Origin: Candidatus Dadabacteria bacterium
GTDB lineage: Bacteria > J088
NCBI GenBank assembly: GCA_003695505.1
Contig: RFIY01000119.1
Location: forward strand, 1-53,087
Direction: 5' to 3'
DNA: 53,087 nucleotides
Below, piece by piece: positions 8,699-16,464 of the stretch (within the stretch, counting starts at the first letter, position 1; the number at the start of each line of letters is the position of its first letter). The notes beneath the pieces are model-generated. The model made no database searches, was not told the origin of the DNA, and saw only the letters and a list, made by a program, of their open reading frames with translations. Both the position numbers and the translations under genes were made by a program.

Positions 8699-9565
8699 AT
8701 GAAAACATTCTCTGATCTGATTCGCGTCTGCTGGGTCGCTGCGGTGGTAGCGATCGTCGGCACGGCGCCGGTATACGCAGCCGATGCCGTCGGGCGTATC
8801 ATCGCGGTCGAAGGGAAGCCGCTGGTCGAGCGCTCATCCGGCGGCCGCGTCGAACTTCAGCGCGATGATCCGGTCTACATCGGAGACGTCGTGCGTACGG
8901 GCAGCGGACGCTGCAAGATCCTCTTCGAAGACAATTCGATCATGACGCTCGGGACGCAAACGGAGCTGAAGATCTCGGAGTTCCTGTTCGACAGCCAGAA
9001 ACAGGAACGCAGCAGCATGTTCGACCTGATTACCGGCAAGGTCAAGACGCTGGTCGGCAAGCTGTTCAGCTCGGCCACCGACTTCAAGGTGCGCACGCCC
9101 AGCGCGGTCGCCGGGGTGCGCGGAACCTTTTTCCGCATCGATGCCTCGGACAAGACCGACGTCACCGTATTCGACGGAGAGGTCGAAGTCAGCGACAAGA
9201 GCGGCAATGCGCTCCGGCTCACCCCCGGAACGCGACTCAGCGTGAGTGGGAGCGGGTTCCTTGGCGGCATCCAGCAACTCAGCCCGCAACAATTGTCGCG
9301 CCTGCAACACGAACTCGATGTACGCCTCGAAGACTCACTGAACAACCAGGCCGACCGGCAAATTCGCCGCCGCGACCTGACGCGACGTGCCGTTGAGTCG
9401 CTCGAGCCCCTGCCCACGGGCAAGGACGAAGGTGGAGCACCGGATGCCGGCGACAACGAACTTCCACCATCAGCCCCGGTCGAGGACCTCCAGTCTGTGG
9501 ATCCGGCGCGTACGGGCAACGCGAACATCCAGTTGCAGTTTGTCCCGGAACAGCAGGGAGAATGA
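8699..9565 (+). CDS. secreted FecR-domain protein
   Basis: Signal peptide MKTFSDLIRVCWVAAVVAIVGTAPVYA-AD. A FecR-like core follows (GRIIAVEGKPLVER...LQRDDPVYIGDVVRTGSGRCKILFEDNSIMTLGTQTELKISEF...VRGTFFRI), then a charged C-terminal tail. Confidence 0.75.
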   Translation: MKTFSDLIRVCWVAAVVAIVGTAPVYAADAVGRIIAVEGKPLVERSSGGRVELQRDDPVYIGDVVRTGSGRCKILFEDNSIMTLGTQTELKISEFLFDSQKQERSSMFDLITGKVKTLVGKLFSSATDFKVRTPSAVAGVRGTFFRIDASDKTDVTVFDGEVEVSDKSGNALRLTPGTRLSVSGSGFLGGIQQLSPQQLSRLQHELDVRLEDSLNNQADRQIRRRDLTRRAVESLEPLPTGKDEGGAPDAGDNELPPSAPVEDLQSVDPARTGNANIQLQFVPEQQGE

Positions 9566-9567
9566 CC

Positions 9568-10434
9568 ATGAAACGAATCCTCCCGTTTGTTGCGCTACTC
9601 GCATTGTCTGTGACCGCCTGTGGCCAGGGCGCCCGACCGGCGACGCTTTCGATCGGCTTTCAGCCTGCCGCCTTCGGCACGGACACTTTTTCCACCGGTC
9701 CGACGACCGTGACGGTTGCCAACGGATGCGTCGTCCCCGACAATCTCGCAACCCTGACCACACAGGTCTACGGCGATGCCGCAAGTGACGCAACGCCCGT
9801 TGGTTACAGCGTCGACGACCTCGACGCCGACTGCAAGCTCAATATGTTCCTGCCAACCGGCTCCGCCCTGCTCGTGATCGTTCGTGGTTACGACGCCGAC
9901 GGCCATCTGATCCGCAAGGGAATGGCGGAACTGGATGAAGTCGCCGAGGGGCAGCAGATTGACTTTCCGACGCCATTCTGGCCCGCATCGGGCATCGATG
10001 ACACGCCCGGTGATGGCAATGGTACGCCGGAGCTGCTGTTCGTCGAAGTCATGCGCCAGTTTGACCAGTTCGTGTTCGAATTGGGCTTTACCGGCGATAT
10101 TGCTCCCGCGACGGCACGCCAGCCGAACAGTGTCGGTGGCTACCTTGATCTGATTGCACCGGACGACACAGTCTACACCGTCCTGCTCGACGCATCCGAG
10201 CGCGGCCTGCCCCTGTCACGATCCGGATCGGTCGCGGTGGAACGGGTCGATTTCGATTTGACCCGCATTCCGGGATCGATGTTGCTGACCGTGCCGTATG
10301 CGTCGGTTGGCGCCCCGAACACGGCCACCGACGTGGTCAATGCCCCGAATCTCGACTACGCCGTGACGATTCTCGATCCAGATGACGCGGTGCGCGACGA
10401 AGCACCAAATTCCGGATTCGCGTCGGTCAAGTAA
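9568..10434 (+). CDS. lipoprotein of unknown function (288 aa)
   Basis: MKRILPFVALLALSVTAC has a canonical lipobox (VTAC). GGAG lies 9 nt upstream. The alternative ATG at 9562 overlaps the FecR stop as ATGA. Confidence 0.6.
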   Translation: MKRILPFVALLALSVTACGQGARPATLSIGFQPAAFGTDTFSTGPTTVTVANGCVVPDNLATLTTQVYGDAASDATPVGYSVDDLDADCKLNMFLPTGSALLVIVRGYDADGHLIRKGMAELDEVAEGQQIDFPTPFWPASGIDDTPGDGNGTPELLFVEVMRQFDQFVFELGFTGDIAPATARQPNSVGGYLDLIAPDDTVYTVLLDASERGLPLSRSGSVAVERVDFDLTRIPGSMLLTVPYASVGAPNTATDVVNAPNLDYAVTILDPDDAVRDEAPNSGFASVK

Positions 10435-10438
10435 CGCC

Positions 10439-11737
10439 TCAGGGAAGATTCTGTCGCACGAGCGCCTGCGCGGTAAAACCGGCCAACTCGTCGCGGTGCG
10501 GCCAGAAGCGCAGCACCTCGGTCTCTTCGCTTGTCAGCGGGTGTTGTACCCGCAGTCTGGCGAATTCTGGATGTTGCTCCAGAAATGCATCGACCACATC
10601 CTCATTCTCGCCGGGAAACAGTGAGCAGGTACTGTACCAGAGTACCCCTCCCGGTGCGACCCGCTCAGCCACCCGGGCAAGCCACCCGCACTGTTGCCGC
10701 TGCAACCGCACGACTGCATCTGGATCGCTGCGCAATGCGACCTCGGGATGCCGCCCGAGCGTGCCCGACGCCGAGCACGGCACATCGGCGAGAACCAGGT
10801 CGTAGGAGCCATCCGGCAGCGCTTCGTCGATATCGAGCTGCCCCAGTTCCGCGGAACAACCTGCCGATCGCAACGCGTTTTGCACCATCCGGAGCCGCGC
10901 CTCGCTACGATCCGTACCGAGCACGTCAAAGCCGGCCCGCGCCAGCGAACACAGTTTTCCTCCGGGCGCGCAGAACGCATCCCAGACGCGCCGACCCGGC
11001 GCCGTCGCCTGCACGGTGCAGAGCCATGCTGCGATACCGCCATCCTGAATCTGCAATGTCGGTGCTTTCTCTGCATCGTCCATCAGCGACCAGAACGTGG
11101 CAGGATTCCCCGTGATCCGCCACGCAGCGCCGCCAGCCACCGGTTCCAGATGCACGCCTTTTTCGAGCAGTTCGCGACGAACCTCATCGCTGACGACGAT
11201 GTGCGTCCCGGGCGACCGCCGCAACCCCGCCAGTGCCGCATCGACTGTCGCGCTGCCGCCGAGCGCCCGTTCCAGCTCCGCAAGCCAGAATGCGGGGACA
11301 CTCCAGCGCAGATCGGGCGACAATGTCCCATACCGCTCTCGCAACGCATCGCATTGCCCTGCCGCACGTCGCAAAACTGCGTTGACAAACCCTCGAGCGT
11401 AGTGCCGACGCGGCAGCGCAGAGACCGTCTCGTCGACAACAGCGAACGCCGGTGCCTCCGTAAACAGAAGCCTCGCCAGTCCAAGCAACAGCAGTACCTC
11501 GACGCGCGGCTGCACTCGCCGGTCGGGCCGCTTCAGCAGTCCGCGAAGCAAAACGCGCAGACCTCGCTCGTGCTCAAGCACTGTCCGGCAATAGTATTCG
11601 CAACGCCGTCGCACCGAAGCCGATATGCCGCGCCGCCGCTGCGCCCGCAACAACGGATCGAGCCAGGCCTCCTGAAACAGAATCCGTTCGAGGATATCCG
11701 CGGCGCTACAAAGCTCCGGTGGAGCCTTGTCCGTCAT
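10439..11737 (-). CDS. rsmB: 16S rRNA (cytosine967-C5)-methyltransferase RsmB (Sun/NOL1/NOP2 family)
   Basis: N-terminal NusB-like region, then the SAM motif DAFCAPGGK and the catalytic DVPCSASGTLGRHPE. ATGA overlap with fmt. Confidence 0.9.
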   Translation of the reverse strand: MTDKAPPELCSAADILERILFQEAWLDPLLRAQRRRGISASVRRRCEYYCRTVLEHERGLRVLLRGLLKRPDRRVQPRVEVLLLLGLARLLFTEAPAFAVVDETVSALPRRHYARGFVNAVLRRAAGQCDALRERYGTLSPDLRWSVPAFWLAELERALGGSATVDAALAGLRRSPGTHIVVSDEVRRELLEKGVHLEPVAGGAAWRITGNPATFWSLMDDAEKAPTLQIQDGGIAAWLCTVQATAPGRRVWDAFCAPGGKLCSLARAGFDVLGTDRSEARLRMVQNALRSAGCSAELGQLDIDEALPDGSYDLVLADVPCSASGTLGRHPEVALRSDPDAVVRLQRQQCGWLARVAERVAPGGVLWYSTCSLFPGENEDVVDAFLEQHPEFARLRVQHPLTSEETEVLRFWPHRDELAGFTAQALVRQNLP

Positions 11738-12714
11738 TCTCCAAGCCGCGCGCCCGGGCGAAGCGCATGCCCGCGCAGCCAGTCACCGACGGAAAGCGGC
11801 CGCCCTCCGGCGCTCTGGAGGCGACGCACCCGATACACGCCATCACCTGTCGCAACTGCGATGCCATCTGGATCCACGGCAACAATCTGTCCGGGTGCGA
11901 GTTGTTCTGCCGCGACGGAGGGCGCCACGGTCCCGGCGAGGATCTTCAGCGGTTGCCCCGCCAGGGTCGTACTGGCGCCGGGGCGGGGCGAAAACGCCCG
12001 CACCTGCCGTGCAATCTCGACGGCCGGACGAGACCAGTCGATCCGGCGATCCGCCGGCGTGAGTTTGCGGCAGTATGTGGCGGCTTCATCATCCTGCGGG
12101 CAGGCCTGCAGCGTCCCGGCGACCAGCCGGGCGGACGCCTCGGGCCACATTTCGGCGGCAAGCCTGGCGATGGCATCGTGCAGACGCCCGGCGTCGTCGT
12201 CATCGGTGATGGGGATCGACCGGGTACACAATACTGGACCTGCATCCATCTCGGGCGTCATCGCCATCAGAGACACCCCCGTTTGCTCGTCACCAGCCAG
12301 TATGGCGCTTTGAATCGGGGATGCGCCGCGATGGCGCGGCAACAGGCTGGCATGAACGTTCAGCGGGGCGATCCTCGGCAGGTCGAGCAACCAGCCGGGC
12401 AGGATCTTGCCGTACGCCATCACGACGAGCAGGTCGGGCTGGAGTTCCTCAAGCTCAGAACGTACGTCGCGCAGCCGTTCTGGCTGATGAACCGGAATCT
12501 GATCCGATCGCGCCGCCTGAACGACCGCCGGCGCCGTCATCCGTCGGCCTCTGCCTGCCGGCCGGTCGGGCTGGGACACCACCGCATCGACCGTGATCAA
12601 CTCGTCCTGAATCAGCGCCTCAAAGAGTGGGACTGCAATTTCTGGCGTCCCCATAAATATCGTTCGCAACGGCGGCGTCGCTCCCGCTGCGAGTCGTGCA
12701 TTCAGGTCGTCCAT
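11734..12714 (-). CDS. fmt: methionyl-tRNA formyltransferase
   Basis: LRTIFMGTPEIAVP, PDLLVVMAYGKILP, NVHASLLPRHRGASPIQ. The start was chosen at Met15 of the ORF, 11 nt after the def stop. Confidence 0.9.
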   Translation of the reverse strand: MDDLNARLAAGATPPLRTIFMGTPEIAVPLFEALIQDELITVDAVVSQPDRPAGRGRRMTAPAVVQAARSDQIPVHQPERLRDVRSELEELQPDLLVVMAYGKILPGWLLDLPRIAPLNVHASLLPRHRGASPIQSAILAGDEQTGVSLMAMTPEMDAGPVLCTRSIPITDDDDAGRLHDAIARLAAEMWPEASARLVAGTLQACPQDDEAATYCRKLTPADRRIDWSRPAVEIARQVRAFSPRPGASTTLAGQPLKILAGTVAPSVAAEQLAPGQIVAVDPDGIAVATGDGVYRVRRLQSAGGRPLSVGDWLRGHALRPGARLGE

Positions 12715-12725
12715 GGTTGTATCGC

Positions 12726-13244
12726 TCAACGTCGGGACCGGAACTTCCATCTCCACGGGTCGCGCCCGTAGTCCCGCTCAAACAGGCGATGGCGTGTTCG
12801 CGACAAATAGTCCACGAACAGAATGCCGTCGAGGTGGTCGAATTCATGCTGAAACACGAATGCGGGAAAGTCCGAAAGTGTGCGTTCGACCGGATTGCCA
12901 TGCGCATCGAGAAACTGGACATGGATGGTTTTAGCCCGTGGCACCTCGGCATAGTAACCCGGAATGCTCAGGCAGCCTTCTTCGGACGTCGCCTCTCCGA
13001 CGGACTCGATGATACGCGGATTGATGACGACGGCTGGTTGCCGTTTGTCCTCTTCTCCACCCGGATCCATAACGAACATCCGTAGCGACTGATTGACCTG
13101 AGGCGCGGCCAGACCCACACCCGGAGCCGCGTACATTGTTTCTATCATCGAACGCGCCAGCGCGGCGATCTCACCCGTGATCTCTGTAACCGGTTCCGCC
13201 GGGCGTCTGAGAACCTCGGCCGGATATTGAACGATGTCGAGCAT
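12726..13244 (-). CDS. def: peptide deformylase
   Basis: All three Def motifs are present: GVGLAAPQV, EGCLSIPG and QHEFDHLDG. Confidence 0.95.
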   Translation of the reverse strand: MLDIVQYPAEVLRRPAEPVTEITGEIAALARSMIETMYAAPGVGLAAPQVNQSLRMFVMDPGGEEDKRQPAVVINPRIIESVGEATSEEGCLSIPGYYAEVPRAKTIHVQFLDAHGNPVERTLSDFPAFVFQHEFDHLDGILFVDYLSRTRHRLFERDYGRDPWRWKFRSRR

Positions 13245-13253
13245 GGTCGTCCG

Positions 13254-14909
13254 TCAGGCGGCCTGATCGCGAAACCGCGACCAGGCATCTGGCGCGACAT
13301 CTGCATGCTGTTCGAGCCAGGCCTGCTCCTCGGCGAACGCGTCCTGCGCCCCGGCATACCGTGCGGCGACAGCACGGTAGTAGTGGGCATGCGGATCCTG
13401 CGGCGCGTAGTGTACGGCCTGGGAAAAGCTGCGGTAAGCGCTGGCAATCTCATCCGGATCGTCGTCATGGGCGGCCTGCTGAAGACCGAGCGCCAGCCAG
13501 GCTTGCGCATTGCTGTCGTCCCAGTTCAACGCCTCCTGCAGCGCCTTGCCGGCCTCGATCAGATCGCCTCCGCGCAACAGTGCCAGGCCCCGTTCATAGG
13601 CACGTCCGGCCATTTCTCGCGCAACGTAGCCAGCCGGATCCGGCTCATCGCCTCGGGATGCGACCCGCTCGTACCAGGTCAGTGCCTCGGCATTGTTCAG
13701 AATCCGGTAGGCGTGCAGCAATCCGCTACGCCACGCTTCCAGTACAGGATCCCCGGGGTTCTCTGCCAACAGCTTCTGTACGCGCCGGTAGCGCTTCGAA
13801 TAGGCCTGCAAGACGCCCTGCCCCGCAGCCCCGGGCGGCACACCGAGTCGCTTGTGTATGTCTGCTGGAACAGCAACTTCGTAGAAGCGTTTTCTGACTG
13901 GCTCGGCCTCGACGACCGGCGCTGGCTCGGGTTCAACGATGGGCGCAGGCTCGATCAACGGCTCTTCCACCGCCTCCACGGACGCCTCCGCGACAACCGG
14001 CTCGTTGTCGGCGGCGACGACGGCTTCCGCCTCTGGCAAGACATCCACGTCTGGAGATTCGGACGCTTCGCTCGCGTCGAGTAACACATCGACCTCTGCG
14101 ATCTCCTGATTATCATCCAGCACGACGAAGTCGTCCGTATCCGCCTGCTCCACCGGCTCGACCTCAATCATCGCTTCCAGTTCCGGTGTGTCCATCGCCG
14201 TGGCCGATGTTTCAGCGCCGGACGCATCCTCCGCGTCGCCCGTACCAGCGGGACTGAGCCATCCGGCGTTGCGAGCGATCGCACACCATGCCAGTGTCAG
14301 TCTCGGGGATTCAACAGGTTCCCGAAGCAGGTCTTTCAACGGCCGTGGCTCCGTCAAACCCGCAAGCCACGATGCGGCATCACGATCGATATCCTCGACC
14401 TGAGCCATATTGGCAACGAACACGAGATCGTTGAGCGGCGCCCCCCAGCGACCAAGTTGCACCGAATCTGCAGATGCCAGCGCCCGCGCCAGCGCATCCA
14501 GTACAGAAACCCCCTGGCCGGCGTCATCGATCGGCAGTTCGCGCCACTCCCACGGACCGTCGGCAAGGACGATCGCACGGAAGATTGCCACGGCGGCCCA
14601 ACCCTCGACCGTCGCCTCGTCCGCCAGCCCAAGTTCAGCCAGCAAACGTGCGGGGGCGACCCGCGCGATCTGCGCCATCGCAATGGCACGCTCAACCGTT
14701 GCGTCGGCCAGTGTGCTGGCGGCGGCCAGGCTCACGCCCCAGTCATCCGCAGGAAGATCGCCCTCTGTACCGACGATGCAGCCTTCGCGAACGCGGCACA
14801 GCAGACCATGCGGCGCGCCCGCGGCAATCAGACCCGACTTGCGATCCCGGCCGATTTCGACCAGCAGAGACCACAGGTCGGCAGGCGTATCGATTTTGAC
14901 TGAACTCAT
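13254..14909 (-). CDS. multidomain protein: DUF4388-like N-terminus, acidic V/E/A/P-rich linker, degenerate J-like segment and C-terminal TPR
   Basis: N-terminus is ADLWSLLVEIGRDRKSGLI. The acidic linker is EVEPVEQADTDDFVVLDD...EPAPIVEPEPAPVVEAEP. The segment FYEVAVPADIHKRLGVPPGAAGQGVLQAYSKRYRRVQKLL-ENPGDP-...AYRILNNAEALTWYE is J-domain-like but lacks HPD. TPR-like repeats close the protein. The gene ends 9 nt upstream of def. Confidence 0.55.
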   Translation of the reverse strand: MSSVKIDTPADLWSLLVEIGRDRKSGLIAAGAPHGLLCRVREGCIVGTEGDLPADDWGVSLAAASTLADATVERAIAMAQIARVAPARLLAELGLADEATVEGWAAVAIFRAIVLADGPWEWRELPIDDAGQGVSVLDALARALASADSVQLGRWGAPLNDLVFVANMAQVEDIDRDAASWLAGLTEPRPLKDLLREPVESPRLTLAWCAIARNAGWLSPAGTGDAEDASGAETSATAMDTPELEAMIEVEPVEQADTDDFVVLDDNQEIAEVDVLLDASEASESPDVDVLPEAEAVVAADNEPVVAEASVEAVEEPLIEPAPIVEPEPAPVVEAEPVRKRFYEVAVPADIHKRLGVPPGAAGQGVLQAYSKRYRRVQKLLAENPGDPVLEAWRSGLLHAYRILNNAEALTWYERVASRGDEPDPAGYVAREMAGRAYERGLALLRGGDLIEAGKALQEALNWDDSNAQAWLALGLQQAAHDDDPDEIASAYRSFSQAVHYAPQDPHAHYYRAVAARYAGAQDAFAEEQAWLEQHADVAPDAWSRFRDQAA

Positions 14910-14976
14910 CGTAGGAATATTCTACCGCAGGCCACCTTCCTGGCGACGTGCGTCTGCTGCCGCGCGGGGATCCCGA

Positions 14977-15387
14977 TCAATTATCGGGCGCGCCGTCGGC
15001 AATCCAGGATCGAATGGCATCCACCTCAGCCTGGCAAAGCACCTGGCCGCCAATTGGCATGAGTGCCCCTTCACTGCCGCCAGCTGCGCTCGTCAACTTG
15101 ACAACCAGGAAACTGCCATCGGGATCGCCCGGCGCAACCCGCGGCAAGCCGGAACGCTGCGAACTCGCGCCGACGAGTCCCTGATAGGCATCTCCGGCCT
15201 CGAGACTCAGCCCGCCCTTTGCACTGCCATTCCCATGACAGCCGCTGAACGCGCAGCGTTTGTCGAAGATCTGCGCCTGAATGGCACTGAGGGTCGGCTC
15301 GGGAGCCGTACACGTCGGGTCGGCGCCACAACCTGAAACGGCGGCAACTCCGGCGATCATGGCCGCCCACATCAAACGTCTTCGCAT
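14977..15387 (-). CDS. small lipoprotein with a PSCyt1-like (planctomycete cytochrome c-like) domain
   Basis: MRRRLMWAAMIAGVAAVSGC carries the lipobox VSGC, and GGAGGA lies 6 nt upstream. The body IFDKRCAFSGCHG...GGLSLEAGDAY..L......VAPGDPDGSFLVVKL.....MP.....L...EVDAIRSWIADGA follows the PSCyt1 pattern. The Cys spacing is CX4CH rather than CXXCH. Confidence 0.55.
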   Translation of the reverse strand: MRRRLMWAAMIAGVAAVSGCGADPTCTAPEPTLSAIQAQIFDKRCAFSGCHGNGSAKGGLSLEAGDAYQGLVGASSQRSGLPRVAPGDPDGSFLVVKLTSAAGGSEGALMPIGGQVLCQAEVDAIRSWIADGAPDN

Positions 15388-15393
15388 CGAGAT

Positions 15394-15505
15394 CCTCCAG
15401 TATCCAACTTGCCACGGCACCCGCGACCAGGCGCGCGACGTCACTGACGAGCCTACCATGTTTCCCGATATGCGTACGACCAGCCACCGGCGGCTATACT
15501 GGAGG
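15394..15505. promoter_or_regulatory. 10-nt perfect inverted repeat (CCTCCAGTAT at 15394-15403, ATACTGGAGG at 15496-15505) bracketing the divergent intergenic region
   Basis: Both divergent genes (the lipoprotein on the minus strand, TetR on the plus strand) are preceded by the identical ATACTGGAGG, 6 and 8 nt before their ATGs. This extends beyond the 5-nt SD core. Confidence 0.4.
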
Positions 15506-15513
15506 CACGCACG

Positions 15514-16227
15514 ATGACTCGATATTCCGCCAGCTCCGCAGCGAATGACACGCCGACACGGCTGCTGCACACCGCCATCGCACTGTTTGCGGAACACGGC
15601 CTGCAAGCCGTGTCCCTGCGCGTCATCAACGAGCACGCCGGCAGCAAGAATGGTTCAGCCGTACAGTATCACTTCGGCAGCCGCGATGGCCTGCTCGAAG
15701 CGATCGTCGACTACCTCTGGACGGAGATCCTGCAACACACGATCGTGCGCCTCGATCGCCTTGAGACCTCGGACACGCCCCCGAGCGTTCGCGACATCGT
15801 CGAGGCCATTTTCGAACCCGCGCTGGCCTACAGTCTTCGCCCGGGCATCGGTCTGGCGGCGGCTCGATTGCTCCCTCGCGTGATCGAAGAAGCGCCACCA
15901 CAAATCCGGCACCGTTTCGCCGAGCGACTGACCGGCATACTCTCCCGTGCACAGATTCTGTTGATTCAGGCCGCTCCACAAGTGCCTGAATCGGTTCTGC
16001 GGCTGCGCCTTGCATTCGCGTTGATCAACGGACTTCATCTCGTAACCGATCTGCATGTGCTCTATGGTGCGGAAGATGTCGTGAACGATCCGGATACCCG
16101 CGTCCGTGTGTATGATCACTTCATTGCAACGATCGCGGCTGGACTGGCCGCGCCACCCGAAACGGATCCGCTCTTCCGTCGCCGACTGCACGCACAGACG
16201 CTGAGCGATCGAGACGCCATCCAGTGA
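15514..16227 (+). CDS. TetR/AcrR-family transcriptional regulator
   Basis: N-terminal HTH TRLLHTAIALFAEHGLQAVSLRVINEHAGSKNGSAVQYHFGSRDGLLEAIV. Confidence 0.85.
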   Translation: MTRYSASSAANDTPTRLLHTAIALFAEHGLQAVSLRVINEHAGSKNGSAVQYHFGSRDGLLEAIVDYLWTEILQHTIVRLDRLETSDTPPSVRDIVEAIFEPALAYSLRPGIGLAAARLLPRVIEEAPPQIRHRFAERLTGILSRAQILLIQAAPQVPESVLRLRLAFALINGLHLVTDLHVLYGAEDVVNDPDTRVRVYDHFIATIAAGLAAPPETDPLFRRRLHAQTLSDRDAIQ

Positions 16228-16248
16228 ATTCGAGTCAGGAGCAACATC

Positions 16249-16434
16249 ATGAGCAAGTCCATCCGCTGGACACCCGAAGCTGAAAAACGCCTCAAACGCG
16301 CCCCGTTCTTCGTGCGGCCCGTCATCCGCAAACGGGCGGAAGAAGCCGCACGCGAGCGCAACCTGGACGTCGTCGACGAAGCATTGCTCGATGAATTGAA
16401 ATCAGGCGCTCACAAAGGCGATTCGCCCGGCTGA
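16249..16434 (+). CDS. small stand-alone PCP_red-domain protein (61 aa; domain also found at the C-terminus of protochlorophyllide reductase subunit B)
   Basis: IRWTPEAEKRLKRAPFFVRPVIRKRAEEAARERNLDVVDEALLDELK matches the W..eAe..L..iP.FvR......E..A pattern. AGGAG lies 7 nt upstream. The gene starts 21 nt after the TetR stop. Confidence 0.55.
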   Translation: MSKSIRWTPEAEKRLKRAPFFVRPVIRKRAEEAARERNLDVVDEALLDELKSGAHKGDSPG

Positions 16435-16464
16435 ACCAATCTCGGCGCCGACCGCTCGGCCCCG

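Noticed and set aside
7210-8802. 530-aa minus-strand ORF.
   Set aside because: It is antisense to the TPR/beta-barrel and FecR genes. The plus-strand products have signal peptides, TPR periodicity and an OMP C-terminal Phe, whereas the minus-strand product is low-complexity and Arg-rich.
10694-12313. 539-aa plus-strand ORF, plus 11719..12771 (350 aa).
   Set aside because: Both are antisense to rsmB and fmt, which carry unambiguous catalytic motifs.
13227-15336. Plus-strand ORFs 13227..14084 and 14410..15336.
   Set aside because: They are antisense to the DUF4388/TPR gene and the PSCyt1-like lipoprotein gene. Composition is Arg/Ser/Ala-rich with no motifs.
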